Of a stretch of DNA of 64,000 bases, positions 31,520 to 41,101 are shown one piece after another. The position numbers and the translations under genes are program-made. The stretch comes from an uncultured Verrucomicrobiae bacterium (GTDB taxonomy: Bacteria; Verrucomicrobiota; Verrucomicrobiia; Chthoniobacterales; UBA10450). The stretch is from contig CAWDGJ010000002.1 in NCBI GenBank assembly GCA_963801815.1, positions 224,001 through 288,000 on the forward strand, read 5' to 3'. Below the pieces are notes generated by a model. The model was not told the origin of the DNA. It saw only the letters and a list, made by a program, of their open reading frames with translations, and ran no database searches. The number at the start of each line of letters is the position of its first letter. The first letter of the stretch is position 1.

Positions 31520-31573
31520 TGTAGCCTGCGGGTCCGTGTCACGTCGCCGTACGGTGCACAGCACCGGGCTACA
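31520..31573. repeat. GTAG-type REP-like element
   Basis: TGTAGCC...GGCTACA terminal inverted repeat immediately after the hppA stop. Confidence 0.55.
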
Positions 31574-31575
31574 CT

Positions 31576-33651
31576 TCAAAAGAAAATCGGGATGATCAGA
31601 ATCGCGACGATGTTGACGACCTTGATCATCGGGTTGATCGCCGGACCAGCGGTGTCCTTGTACGGATCGCCCACGGTATCGCCCGTGACTGCGGCCTGAT
31701 GAGCAAACGATCCTTTGCCGCCGAGATTGCCTTCTTCGATGAATTTTTTCGCGTTGTCCCAGGCCCCGCCGCTCGACGTCATAGCGATGGCAACGAACAG
31801 TCCAGTCACGATCGTTCCGACCAGCAGACCGCCGAGAACAACCGGTCCCAGCGGCTTGATGACTGCGACGGCCACGACGAACACCACCGGCAACAGCGCC
31901 GGAACAATCATTTCGCGAAGCGCCGCCTTCGTCACGATATCGACGCAAGTGCCGTACTCCGGCGTGTCTTGCCCGGTCAGGATTCCCGGCTTCGCTTTCA
32001 ATTGCCGGCGCACTTCTCGCACGACCGCGCCAGCGGCTTTGCCGACCGCATCCATGCTGAAGGCGGTGAAAATGAATGGCAACAAACCGCCGAGGAAAAG
32101 ACCGATGATGACTTTCGGTTCGTTGAGCGAAAACTGAAAGTCGAACGTCTGGCCCTTGCCGGCGAAGTGCGCTTTCAATTCCTCGACGTAGGAACCGAAC
32201 AACACCAGAGCGGCGAGTCCGGCCGACGCGATGGCGTAGCCTTTGGTGACTGCCTTCATCGTGTTGCCAACGGCGTCGAGTTCGTCTGTCACGACGCGCA
32301 CTTCCTTCGGCAGATGGCTCATCACCGCGACGCCGCCGGCGTTGTCCGTGATCGGCCCAAACGCGTCGAGCGAGATGATGATTCCCGCCATCGACAGCAT
32401 CCACATGACCGCGATCGCGATTCCGTAAAGACCCGCGAAATGAAAGCTAAGCAGAATGGCGATACCGATGAAACCGACCGGCAACGCAGTCGCGTGCTGG
32501 CCGACGGCGAGTCCGGCGATGATGTTGGTCGCGTGACCGGTTTCGGACGCGCGCGCGATCTTCTGTACCGGCGCGTAGCTCATCGACGTGTAGTAATTCG
32601 TGATCACGACTACGACAGCGGTCATGACCAGGCCAACGAGCGAGGCAAAATACAGATCGGTCGGCGTTCGCATCACGCCCGCGATCGTGACTCCAGTCGG
32701 GAAAAGAATATGGGTCGCCGGCCAAAAGAGAATCGCCGAGACGATCGCGCTCGTTAAGACACCGCCCATAAGAGTAGTGCCCGGTTTCGCTTTCGTCAGG
32801 TTGACAAACAGGACACCGCAAATCGCGCCGAGCACGGAGATTCCGCCGAGGACGAACGGATAAATTATTGCCGCCGGGCGTTCGCGAGCGTGAGCGCGCC
32901 GACCAGGATCGCGCCGATCAAACTGACGGCGTAGGTTTCGAAAACGTCGGCCGCCATGCCCGCGCAATCGCCGACATTGTCGCCGACGTTGTCGGCGATC
33001 GTCGCCGGGTTGCGCGGATCGTCTTCTTCGAGGCCTTGCTCGATTTTTCCAACGAGATCGGCGCCGACGTCGGCCGCTTTGGTGTAAATGCCGCCGCCCA
33101 GTCGCGCAAAGACGCTGATCAAACTCGCGCCGAGGGCCAGACCGACCAGGCTTCGGACCGCCAGGTCGTGGCCCACCATTTTGCCTGCCAGCGTATAAAA
33201 GATTGAAACCGCCAGCAGGGCTAGACCCGACGACCAGCAGACCAGTCACGGCGCCGCCATTGAACGCCATTCGCAACGCCTGGGTCAGCGAGCTGGTCGC
33301 TGCCTGCGTCGTCCGCACGTTGGCCATAACCGCGATGCGCATGCCGATAAACCCTGCGGAGAGCGAACAGAACGCGCCAATGAGGAAACCAACCGCGGTC
33401 GGATGATCCTTAAAGATAAAGAGCAGAATAAAGATGACGATCGCGATGACGCTGATCGTCACCACCTGCCGATTGAGGTACGCTTTTGCGCCCTCCTGGA
33501 CCGCTCCGGCAATCTGCCGCATCCTTTCGTTCCCAGCCGGCGCCCGAATCACGATGGCAATCAGGACAAAGGCGAAGACAAGGCCGACTACGGCACAACA
33601 CATCGACAGTGGCACGCCGGAATCGAGAAGATTGAGAGCAAAAAACACCAT
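31576..33651 (-). CDS. hppA: Membrane H+-translocating pyrophosphatase, probably K+-independent (two compensating frameshifts, near 33222 and 32870)
   Basis: [37 protein letters not shown] (Lys at the K+-dependence site), [11 protein letters not shown]. Confidence 0.93.
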   Translation of the reverse strand: MVFFALNLLDSGVPLSMCCAVVGLVFAFVLIAIVIRAPAGNERMRQIAGAVQEGAKAYLNRQVVTISVIAIVIFILLFIFKDHPTAVGFLIGAFCSLSAGFIGMRIAVMANVRTTQAATSSLTQALRMAFNGGAVTGLLVVGSSPAGGFNLLYAGRQNGGPRPGGPKPGRSGPRREFDQRLCATGRRHLHQSGRRRRRSRWKNRARPRRRRSAQPGDDRRQRRRQCRRLRGHGGRRFRNLRRQFDRRDPGRRAHARERPAAIIYPFVLGGISVLGAICGVLFVNLTKAKPGTTLMGGVLTSAIVSAILFWPATHILFPTGVTIAGVMRTPTDLYFASLVGLVMTAVVVVITNYYTSMSYAPVQKIARASETGHATNIIAGLAVGQHATALPVGFIGIAILLSFHFAGLYGIAIAVMWMLSMAGIIISLDAFGPITDNAGGVAVMSHLPKEVRVVTDELDAVGNTMKAVTKGYAIASAGLAALVLFGSYVEELKAHFAGKGQTFDFQFSLNEPKVIIGLFLGGLLPFIFTAFSMDAVGKAAGAVVREVRRQLKAKPGILTGQDTPEYGTCVDIVTKAALREMIVPALLPVVFVVAVAVIKPLGPVVLGGLLVGTIVTGLFVAIAMTSSGGAWDNAKKFIEEGNLGGKGSFAHQAAVTGDTVGDPYKDTAGPAINPMIKVVNIVAILIIPIFF

Positions 33652-33745
33652 GACTTTGCGCGGTAAAGCGCACGACTCTATGAAGATTTCCCGCGCTGGC
33701 AAAGCCTATTTGCCATTGCACTCTAACCCTTTGCCAAACTCGCAA

Positions 33746-35254
33746 TTACAGCGCGAAAAAAGTTTTCAGACGGTTGACAAAGTTCGCGGTGTATTCGCGT
33801 TGTTTGGCCGCCTGATCAGCACTCAAAGACGTTGCGTCTTTCAGAATGCCTTCGGTTTCCATTTTGCGTCGAGCCAACAGTTCGCTCAGCTGACGAAGGC
33901 AATCCGGCGATTCCCGAATAACGTCACCCATAACGTCCTTACCAATCTCCATCACGTAACAATCACCTTCTGCGCGCACAGTCGCGCTCCGCTTCTCGCC
34001 GGTTAACAGCGACATCTCGCCAAAACAATCTCCTGACCGCAGCGTCGCCACTGGAATTGTCGATCCATTTTGGGTAACGGAAACCTGTGCGTCTCCGCGC
34101 AGGAGAATGAACATCGAGTCGCCTTCCGCGCCTTCCTCAATCACGCGCTCGCCACGGCCAAAGTGATTTAGCTCCGATTGTTGAACGAGGTTCTGGATTT
34201 GGACGTCGGACAAACATTGGAAGAGCGGCTCGCCACGCAAAATCGCGCGCGCTTCTTCGTAACCTTCCGGCACTGGGCCGGGGGCACGACGCTCGAGATG
34301 CAACGTGCGAATCGGATACGGAATGGTGATCCGCTGCCGTTTCAATTCGTACCAGATATTCGTGCGCACGGCGTCGTTAATTTCGTTAATGCGAGCGTGA
34401 TTGCCCATGTAGAACTTGATCTCGTAGATCACCGCGTGGTCGGCGAAGTCGACGAGAAAAACCTTCACTGGCGGAGTGGCCAGAACGCCACGCGCATTCG
34501 ACGCGGCGCGACCGAGAGCGTCTTTCCCCCGGTTCGGTGGCACGTTGTAATCGAGGCCAATGCGGATCCGCATCGCATGGACCTCGGTCGGATAATGGAG
34601 GTTGATGATCGTGCTCTTGACGATCTCGTTGTTTGGAATGTCGAGATAAATGGTGTCGTTGGTGCACAGGCGTGTGGACCGCCAGTTAATCTCGCGAACT
34701 TCACCGTAGGTCTCCCCGACTTTCAGCCAGTCTCCCACCTTGTAAGGCCGATTGAGCTGGATCGACATTCCGGCGATAATCCCGGCGAAGAAATTCTGGC
34801 CAGCGAATCCAAGGATGATCGCGATCGCGCCTGAGCCGACAAGCACGCCCTTCAACTGGGTTTCGGCGTGGTAGCCGAAACTGAGCACGAGCAGAAGAAC
34901 GACCAAAAACATCACTCCGGCCATCAGTTCCCGAAGAAAATGCGGGATGGTGATTTTTTTACGCTTCTCGAAGTACCAATCCCACAGGTATCGATTGATC
35001 AACGCGACGGCAAACGCCGTGCTAAGAAGGATTGCAGCCGCACCGATGTGGTTGCGCCAGGTCGCATGGACACCGTACACCGCCAGTGCGACATAAAACG
35101 CGAACGTCAGGCAAAAAAGTTGATAAAGGATTCCGAGTCGCACGCCGGCACGGCGCTTTAAAAGACGACCGATACTGAGCGCGACGAAAAACGTTCCGAT
35201 AAAGGCGCCGACGGTCAGCGCCGCCCGCTGTGTGTCGAACAAGATGGCGAACAT
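33746..35254 (-). CDS. MscS-family channel fused to a cyclic-nucleotide-binding domain
   Basis: ILGFAGQN, RPYKVGDW, IPNNEI; C-terminal GDCFGEMSLLTGEKRSATV. Confidence 0.92.
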   Translation of the reverse strand: MFAILFDTQRAALTVGAFIGTFFVALSIGRLLKRRAGVRLGILYQLFCLTFAFYVALAVYGVHATWRNHIGAAAILLSTAFAVALINRYLWDWYFEKRKKITIPHFLRELMAGVMFLVVLLLVLSFGYHAETQLKGVLVGSGAIAIILGFAGQNFFAGIIAGMSIQLNRPYKVGDWLKVGETYGEVREINWRSTRLCTNDTIYLDIPNNEIVKSTIINLHYPTEVHAMRIRIGLDYNVPPNRGKDALGRAASNARGVLATPPVKVFLVDFADHAVIYEIKFYMGNHARINEINDAVRTNIWYELKRQRITIPYPIRTLHLERRAPGPVPEGYEEARAILRGEPLFQCLSDVQIQNLVQQSELNHFGRGERVIEEGAEGDSMFILLRGDAQVSVTQNGSTIPVATLRSGDCFGEMSLLTGEKRSATVRAEGDCYVMEIGKDVMGDVIRESPDCLRQLSELLARRKMETEGILKDATSLSADQAAKQREYTANFVNRLKTFFAL

Positions 35255-35308
35255 CAGCTAATCGCTGCGAATCATACTCCCATGACAACTTTACGACAAG
35301 CAGGCGTT

Positions 35309-35368
35309 GTAGCTGCCGATGTCCTCGTCGGCAGGGCTCTGACCGGCCTCCAGAGACGGCGGCAGCTT
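35309..35368. repeat. GTAG-type REP-like doublet
   Basis: GTAGCTGCCGA-tgtcctcg-TCGGCAG ... GGCAGCT; a related half element lies at 36234-36262. Confidence 0.55.
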
Positions 35369-35384
35369 TAACTGCCTCAACATC

Positions 35385-36185
35385 TTAGTCGCGCGATGCC
35401 TTCTTTAGCTCGTCCAGACGGCGAATGATGTCACTCAACAACAGCTCGTTCTTGAGGTTCACCTGATAATCGAGATTGGCTCGCAACCGGTCCTTATGCG
35501 CCTGGCGGTTCTGCGACATCATAATGATCGGCGCTTGCAGCGCTGTGATTACGTTGAGGGCAAGATTCAGCAGGATGAACGGAAATGGATCGAACGGCTT
35601 CCGTGTCAGCAAAAACGTGTTCGTTATAATCCAGATCACGAACAGCGCGATCGAAACGAGGATGAATTTCCAACTGCCACCGAACTCCGCGATCGTGTCC
35701 GCCGCGCGATCGGCGAACGTCAGTTGCGCCTGTTCTTCCTGATTCACGTTGCGGGAAACGCGATGTCGCAAAAGATCGTCGGTGCGCCGCAAACGCGCTG
35801 TTAATGACGTCAGTAATTCGAGGGTCACGCGAGGATCGCTTCGCATGAACGACAGAAAGTCATCGCGGGTAAGTTTGGCCACCCGTGCATGCTCGGTCGC
35901 AATTGCGTTGGCCGATCGTCCGTGGCCGTCGAGCATGGCCATCTCGCCGAAGAAATCTCCAGGACCCAGCACTGCCAGAATTACGGAATGGCCGTCCGCG
36001 TCTGTCAGTGTGATGTGAACCTTGCCAACATCAATCAAGTACATGGCGTCACCCGGGTCACCGGTGCGAAAAATCGTCGAGGACTCTGGATAATCGTGGA
36101 TGGTCAGATACCCGCCCAGCTCCGCCGTCGCCTTCGAATCAAGCGACGAGAAAATGGGAACCGAACGTAAAGCCGCTACATCCAT
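35385..36185 (-). CDS. cNMP-binding domain + DUF1003 membrane protein
   Basis: GDFFGEMAML..RSANA; FGGSWKFI, FDPFPFILLNL, QAPIIMMSQNRQ. Confidence 0.92.
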   Translation of the reverse strand: MDVAALRSVPIFSSLDSKATAELGGYLTIHDYPESSTIFRTGDPGDAMYLIDVGKVHITLTDADGHSVILAVLGPGDFFGEMAMLDGHGRSANAIATEHARVAKLTRDDFLSFMRSDPRVTLELLTSLTARLRRTDDLLRHRVSRNVNQEEQAQLTFADRAADTIAEFGGSWKFILVSIALFVIWIITNTFLLTRKPFDPFPFILLNLALNVITALQAPIIMMSQNRQAHKDRLRANLDYQVNLKNELLLSDIIRRLDELKKASRD

Positions 36186-36259
36186 GGCGCGGCATTATAA
36201 ACACGACCAGGCTCAGCATGGAAGCCGCGCGTTGGAGCTGCCGCCGGGGACAGCGGCAG

Positions 36260-36604
36260 CTAGCCCTTCGGTGGCGAGATGACCAGCCACGCCCAGCCCG
36301 CGAGAAAACATAATCCGCCGAGCGGCGTGATCGCGCCCAACCAACGCACGCCAGTCAACCCCATCCCGTACAAACTGCCGCTAAAAATAACGATGCCGGC
36401 GAACAGCAGCCACCACGCACCGCGATTTGCTGTTCCAAAATATGCCAGCACAAAGAGTGCGATCGCGTGAATGAAATGATAGAGCACCGCCTTGTTCCAA
36501 ACATCGATGAGATTGCGCGCCTCAAGGGTCGGCTTCAGCCAATGCGCACCAAAGGCACCCAATGCCACCGCCAAAAAACACAAAGCCGCCGCAATTCGAA
36601 TCAT
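36260..36604 (-). CDS. DUF423 (YgdD/TMEM256) membrane protein
   Basis: VALGAFGAH, YHFIHA, FSGSLY, GAITPLGG. Confidence 0.93.
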   Translation of the reverse strand: MIRIAAALCFLAVALGAFGAHWLKPTLEARNLIDVWNKAVLYHFIHAIALFVLAYFGTANRGAWWLLFAGIVIFSGSLYGMGLTGVRWLGAITPLGGLCFLAGWAWLVISPPKG

Positions 36605-36668
36605 GACGACATTATGCCAATAAAACGATGATTGTCAGCGACACCTACAATCACCCATGATTCGAAGC

Positions 36669-36983
36669 ATGACCCGGCGAATCAAACGAATCGCACCGCT
36701 TCAGGCGGGAAAGATGCTCGGCGTACTTTATGCCTGCATGGGCTTACTTTTTCTTCCCTTCTTTGCTTTAGCGGGATTGGCCGGCGCTTTCGCTCAGCAA
36801 AGCCAGCAAGTTCAGACTGCAGGAGGCCCGCCGGCGGCAATCTTCGCTGCCATGATGTTCGGATTCGGAATTTTCATGCCGGTGTTCTACGGCATCTTCG
36901 GCTTTATCTTCGGAGTAATCTCCGCCGCGATCTACAATCTTATCGCCCAGTGGATTGGCGGAATTGAGGTCGAAGTCGAATGA
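36669..36983 (+). CDS. DUF3566-like membrane protein
   Basis: IKRIAPLQAGK...YNLIAQWIGGIEVEVE. Confidence 0.75.
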   Translation: MTRRIKRIAPLQAGKMLGVLYACMGLLFLPFFALAGLAGAFAQQSQQVQTAGGPPAAIFAAMMFGFGIFMPVFYGIFGFIFGVISAAIYNLIAQWIGGIEVEVE

Positions 36984-37409
36984 TCAGTCGACCACTTCGA
37001 GGCCCATTTGGCGGGCGGTACCTTCGATAATCCGAAATGCCGCTTCGTCGCTGCGGGCGTTCAGGTCTTTGCGCTTCGTGTTCACGATGTCCATAACCTG
37101 TTTGCGCGTGACCTTGCCGACTTTTTCTTTGTTCGGTTCTTTCGAACCGGCGGCGATGTTGGCCGCTTTCTTTAACAGGATTGCTGCGGGCGGACTCTTG
37201 GTGATAAAGGTGAACGACTTGTCCTTGAAGACAGTGATCACGACCGGAAGAATGTCGCCGGCTTGTTTCTGAGTGGCCGCGTTAAATTCTTTGCAGAACG
37301 CCATGATGTTGATGCCGCGCGGTCCAAGCGCGGTACCGACAGGCGGCGCGGGGTTTGCCTGACCGGCCGGAATCTGCAATTTGATCTGAGCAATAACTTC
37401 TTTAGCCAT
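36984..37409 (-). CDS. rplK: 50S ribosomal protein L11
   Basis: [35 protein letters not shown]. Confidence 0.98.
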   Translation of the reverse strand: MAKEVIAQIKLQIPAGQANPAPPVGTALGPRGINIMAFCKEFNAATQKQAGDILPVVITVFKDKSFTFITKSPPAAILLKKAANIAAGSKEPNKEKVGKVTRKQVMDIVNTKRKDLNARSDEAAFRIIEGTARQMGLEVVD

Positions 37410-37414
37410 CTAAA

Positions 37415-37442
37415 TTGTTGAGAGTTGAGGGTTGATAGTTGA
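37415..37442 (-). repeat. 7-nt tandem repeat (TCAACTA type) in the nusG-rplK spacer
   Basis: tcaacta-tcaaccc-tcaactc-tcaacaa. Confidence 0.7.
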
Positions 37443-37446
37443 AAAA

Positions 37447-37465
37447 TGCCTGTCCGGCTCGGACC
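37447..37465 (-). repeat. Dispersed motif GGTCCGAGCCGGACAGGCA (copy 3 of 3)
   Basis: Begins at the nusG stop codon; matches 15588 and 18373. Confidence 0.65.
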
Positions 37466-38034
37466 TAACCGCGTTCGACTTGCCAGTACTCGAGTTCGAC
37501 CGGAGTTGCGCGACCGAAAATTGTTACCGACACACGCAGCTTGCCGCGTTCCGGATCGATTTCTTCGACGATGCCGTTCTGATTTTGGAACGGTCCGTCT
37601 GCTACCTTGACGGTCTCGCCAACTTCGAAGCTGACTTTCGGTTTCACCTTCTCCTCGCGCTCTTTCATTTGCGCGAGCATCGATTCCACTTCCGACTGCC
37701 TCATCGGAATGGGCTTGTCCTTGGTTCCAGCAAATCCGATCACGCCGGACGTTTCACGAATGAAATACCAGGTGCGGCCGATGAGCTGATTGTTCTCGTC
37801 GAGCAAATGCATGTTCACGATCAAGTAACCGGGGAAAAACTTCCGCGTTGTCTCGCTTTTCTTACCCTTCTTGATTTCCGAGACCCGCTCCGTAGGGACG
37901 AGCACTTCGTAAACCAGATCGCTCATCTCCTCGGTCTTCACCCGCTTGTCGATGTTCTCCTTGACCTTGTTCTCCTGGCCAGAGAGCACGTGGACCACGT
38001 ACCACTGATCTTTGCCTGCGAGTGTCTGGGCCAT
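37465..38034 (-). CDS. nusG: Transcription termination/antitermination factor NusG
   Basis: WYVVHVLSGQENKV, KFFPGY, KOW domain, VTIFGRATPVEL. Confidence 0.98.
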   Translation of the reverse strand: MAQTLAGKDQWYVVHVLSGQENKVKENIDKRVKTEEMSDLVYEVLVPTERVSEIKKGKKSETTRKFFPGYLIVNMHLLDENNQLIGRTWYFIRETSGVIGFAGTKDKPIPMRQSEVESMLAQMKEREEKVKPKVSFEVGETVKVADGPFQNQNGIVEEIDPERGKLRVSVTIFGRATPVELEYWQVERG

Positions 38035-38036
38035 AA

Positions 38037-38255
38037 CTAGTGCAGCTTGGTAAAGTAATGGACAACGTTCACGAGCACAAAATCGAACAACGCCACGTAA
38101 CCGCCCAGCAACAGCATGGCGATGATGACGACGAGCGTCGAATCAACCAGTTCCTTGTATTTGCGAAACCCTTTTTCTTTTGGGTCCCACGGCCAGGAAG
38201 CTTTTTGAAGCTCGACCTTTACTTCGCTAATAAAATTTCTTGTTTTAGCAATCAT
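38037..38255 (-). CDS. secE: Preprotein translocase subunit SecE
   Basis: FISEVKVELQKASWP plus one TM helix; lies between tRNA-Trp and nusG. Confidence 0.93.
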   Translation of the reverse strand: MIAKTRNFISEVKVELQKASWPWDPKEKGFRKYKELVDSTLVVIIAMLLLGGYVALFDFVLVNVVHYFTKLH

Positions 38256-38295
38256 CGCTCGGCGCGAACGGGACGCGGTTTGGCTACCGCCAAAC

Positions 38296-38326
38296 TTCAT
38301 CCTTCATAATTCATTCTTCATCCTTC
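38296..38326. repeat. 7-nt tandem repeat (TTCATCC type) between tRNA-Trp and secE
   Basis: ttcatcc-ttcataa-ttcattc-ttcatcc-ttc. Confidence 0.7.
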
Positions 38327-38333
38327 CAAAGAG

Positions 38334-38406
38334 CACGCCAGGAGGGACTCGAACCCCCAACAGGCGGTTTTGGAGACCGCTACTCTACCAATTGAGTTAC
38401 TGGCGT
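38334..38406 (-). tRNA. tRNA-Trp (CCA anticodon); 3' CCA not encoded
   Basis: ACGCCAG/CTGGCGT acceptor stem, GCGGT-CT-CCA-AA-ACCGC anticodon arm, GGTTCGAGTCC. Confidence 0.96.
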
Positions 38407-38413
38407 ATGTTTC

Positions 38414-38446
38414 AATTTCGAAATTCGAGTTTCGAAATTCGAATTT
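38414..38446. repeat. 7-nt tandem repeat (TTCGAAA type) between tuf and tRNA-Trp
   Basis: aatttcg-aaattcg-agtttcg-aaattcg-aattt. Confidence 0.7.
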
Positions 38447-39629
38447 AATCGAGAATATCGCTCACGCGACCCGCGCCAACGGTCTTGCCGCCTTCGCGAA
38501 TAGCGAAACGAATCGTCTTCTCCATGGCGATCGGCGTAATCAGCTCCACCTCAATGGAGATATTGTCGCCGGGCATCACCATTTCGACGCCTTGGGGCAG
38601 TTTCACCGTGCCAGTAACGTCAGTGGTCCGGAAGTAAAACTGTGGCCGATAGTTCGAGAAAAATGGCGTGTGACGCCCACCCTCCTCCTTGCTCAACACG
38701 TAAACCTCCGCCTTGAATTTCTTGTGCGGCGTAATCGAGCCGGGCTTGGCAATGACCTGACCGCGCTCTACGTCTTCCTTCTTCACACCGCGGAGCAACA
38801 CACCGACGTTGTCGCCGGCGCGGGCTTCATCAAGAAGTTTGCGGAACATTTCGATGTCGGTCGCGACCGTTTTGATCGTCGGTTTGATTCCAACAATCTC
38901 GACTTCCTCCATCTTCTTGAGAATTCCGCGATCAACCCGACCGGTCGCAACGGTGCCGCGCCCTTCAATGTTGAACACATCTTCGACTGCCATCATGAAC
39001 GGCTGATCGATCGGCCGCTCGGGGAGCGGAATGTAGTCGTCGATCGCCTGCACCAGCGCGAGAACTTGCTTCTCCGCTTCGGCGTCACCGTTCAGCGCCT
39101 TGAGCGCGCTGCCTTTAACGATTGGAATCTTGTCTCCCGGGAATTCGTATTGCGTGAGCAGATCGCGCACTTCCATCTCTACGAGATCGAGAAGTTCGGG
39201 ATCGTCGACCATGTCGACCTTGTTTAGGAACACAACGATCGACGGCACACCGACCTGACGTGCGAGCAGAATGTGTTCGCGGGTCTGCGGCATTGGACCG
39301 TCCGCTGCGCTCACCACCAGAATTGCGCCGTCCATTTGGGCCGCGCCGGTGATCATGTTTTTCACATAGTCAGCGTGACCGGGACAATCGACGTGTGCGT
39401 AATGGCGCTTGTCACTCTGATATTCCACGTGCGCGGTGTTGATCGTAATTCCGCGTTCTTTTTCTTCCGGCGCGTTATCGATCGAATCATACGCGCGGGC
39501 TTCGGCCATGCCCTTCTTCGCCAGCACGCTGGTGATGGCGGCTGTGAGCGTGGTCTTGCCGTGGTCAACGTGACCGATTGTGCCGACGTTTAAGTGCGGC
39601 TTGTCGCGTTTAAATGCTTCCTTTGCCAT
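38445..39629 (-). CDS. tuf: Elongation factor Tu
   Basis: [28 protein letters not shown]. Confidence 0.99.
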   Translation of the reverse strand: MAKEAFKRDKPHLNVGTIGHVDHGKTTLTAAITSVLAKKGMAEARAYDSIDNAPEEKERGITINTAHVEYQSDKRHYAHVDCPGHADYVKNMITGAAQMDGAILVVSAADGPMPQTREHILLARQVGVPSIVVFLNKVDMVDDPELLDLVEMEVRDLLTQYEFPGDKIPIVKGSALKALNGDAEAEKQVLALVQAIDDYIPLPERPIDQPFMMAVEDVFNIEGRGTVATGRVDRGILKKMEEVEIVGIKPTIKTVATDIEMFRKLLDEARAGDNVGVLLRGVKKEDVERGQVIAKPGSITPHKKFKAEVYVLSKEEGGRHTPFFSNYRPQFYFRTTDVTGTVKLPQGVEMVMPGDNISIEVELITPIAMEKTIRFAIREGGKTVGAGRVSDILD

Positions 39630-39701
39630 ATCAATGTCTCCTGTTAACTGACTGAAACTTCGTCCTTTTTTAAAACTGTCGTCCCTGTCGCGAGCTCAAA
39701 C

Positions 39702-39777
<76 letters not shown>

Positions 39778-39918
39778 CGGTTTGCCTCCCGCGTGTAGAA
39801 CTAAAAGTCCCAAAGCCGCGTCAAATTGCAACGACCATGGGACCAACTCGTTCTCGCAAAAAGCGTCCGAAACGGTAGTCGCGCCGGGGGTAGTGTCAAA
39901 GCAATTTTAAGCTCCCAA

Positions 39919-40041
39919 AGGTGGATCGAGCAGTCCTTTATCCGCAGTTGGGATGGATGCGTCCTCTGGCAAGATCGGCGTCCGATTCAGGCGCAAATTG
40001 GACGTTTCCTGAGCATCGCCCGCGGAGCGGCCGATCCCACC
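39919..40041. mobile_element. MITE/REP-like element with GGTGGATCG termini (copy 1)
   Basis: AGGTGGATCGAGCAGTCC ... CATCGCCCGCGGAGCGGCCGATCCCACC; both ends shared with 54634-54721. Confidence 0.7.
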
Positions 40042-40045
40042 GGAT

Positions 40046-41008
40046 TTAGCGGATTCGGGTGGAACTGGTCTGCTCCGGTTTCCCGCGAGTCACGATTCGC
40101 ACCACCACCGCGATGAGCGCTAAAATCACCAGAACACTAAAGACCCTGACCGGCGTTAAAAGCGGCGCGCTGGGCACTGGAGTTGGCGTTGGAGGCGGAG
40201 CGTTCTTAGCCGCCAACCGGCCCTGGGCATATTTGAGGCGCTCGACGGTTTCCTGGTCAGCCGGTTCCATCTTCAAAGCCAGTTGATAATCCGCGATGGC
40301 TTTTTCGTAATCTTCGGCCACCGCGTAGGTATAGCCACGGCGAGCGTATTCCGGCTCATAGGTGGGATTCTTTTCGATCGCCGCTGTGTAATCCTGAATG
40401 GCGGCAGGAAAGTTATTCAGATTTCGGTAGGCCAGCGCTCGCTGGTCGTAATTTTGCTGATCGTTTGGATTCTTTTGAATCGCAACGGTGAAATCCGCAA
40501 CCGCTTTGTCCCATTGCTTTAAACCGACGTAGGCGAAGCCTCGGAATTTGTAGATAAGACCCTCGTCTCCCTTTAGCTCAAGCGCCTTATCTAGGTCAGC
40601 AACTGCGGCATCGTATGTGATTTGCGCAAGCTCGGTCTGAGCGCGCTCAATATAGCCAGCGGCGCTCTTCGGCGAGAGCTCAATCATCTTGGAAAAATCC
40701 GCGTTCGACGCGTTGAAACGTGTCGCAGCGGCGGGCCCATCAGCGGCAGCCACCGCTGCCCGGCCTGCGGCACGATACGCGGTGCCGCGATCATGATAAG
40801 CCTCAGGGTTGTCCGGAGCGGCCTCGACTGCCTTTGTGAACTCTTCGATCGCCTTGTCGAATTGTTTGGCGTCGTAGAACTCGACGCCTTTGCGGTGATG
40901 CTCCTCGGCATCACCACCGCCGCCACCGTGGCGCTTCGCATAAACTCCCGGCGCCGCTATGATCGCCGACAACAAAACCGTTGAGATGACTAGGGTTCGA
41001 ATCTTCAT
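40046..41008 (-). CDS. TPR-repeat protein with a signal peptide and C-terminal TM anchor
   Basis: Multiple TPR repeats (AIEEFTKAVEAAPDN, AVADFTVAIQKNPN), Pro/Thr linker, TM helix. Confidence 0.88.
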   Translation of the reverse strand: MKIRTLVISTVLLSAIIAAPGVYAKRHGGGGGDAEEHHRKGVEFYDAKQFDKAIEEFTKAVEAAPDNPEAYHDRGTAYRAAGRAAVAAADGPAAATRFNASNADFSKMIELSPKSAAGYIERAQTELAQITYDAAVADLDKALELKGDEGLIYKFRGFAYVGLKQWDKAVADFTVAIQKNPNDQQNYDQRALAYRNLNNFPAAIQDYTAAIEKNPTYEPEYARRGYTYAVAEDYEKAIADYQLALKMEPADQETVERLKYAQGRLAAKNAPPPTPTPVPSAPLLTPVRVFSVLVILALIAVVVRIVTRGKPEQTSSTRIR

Positions 41009-41101
41009 GTTTCTCCTCCGCGCCTCAATTTTTGAGCAATTAATGCCTCGCAAGCCAGCAAATTAAACTGCGAAATCGCCCCGGCATGCCAAAATCAGCC
41101 G

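Noticed and set aside
38334..38406. tRNA-Trp lacking an encoded CCA as a pseudogene
   Set aside because: The cloverleaf is intact, and CCA is commonly added after transcription.
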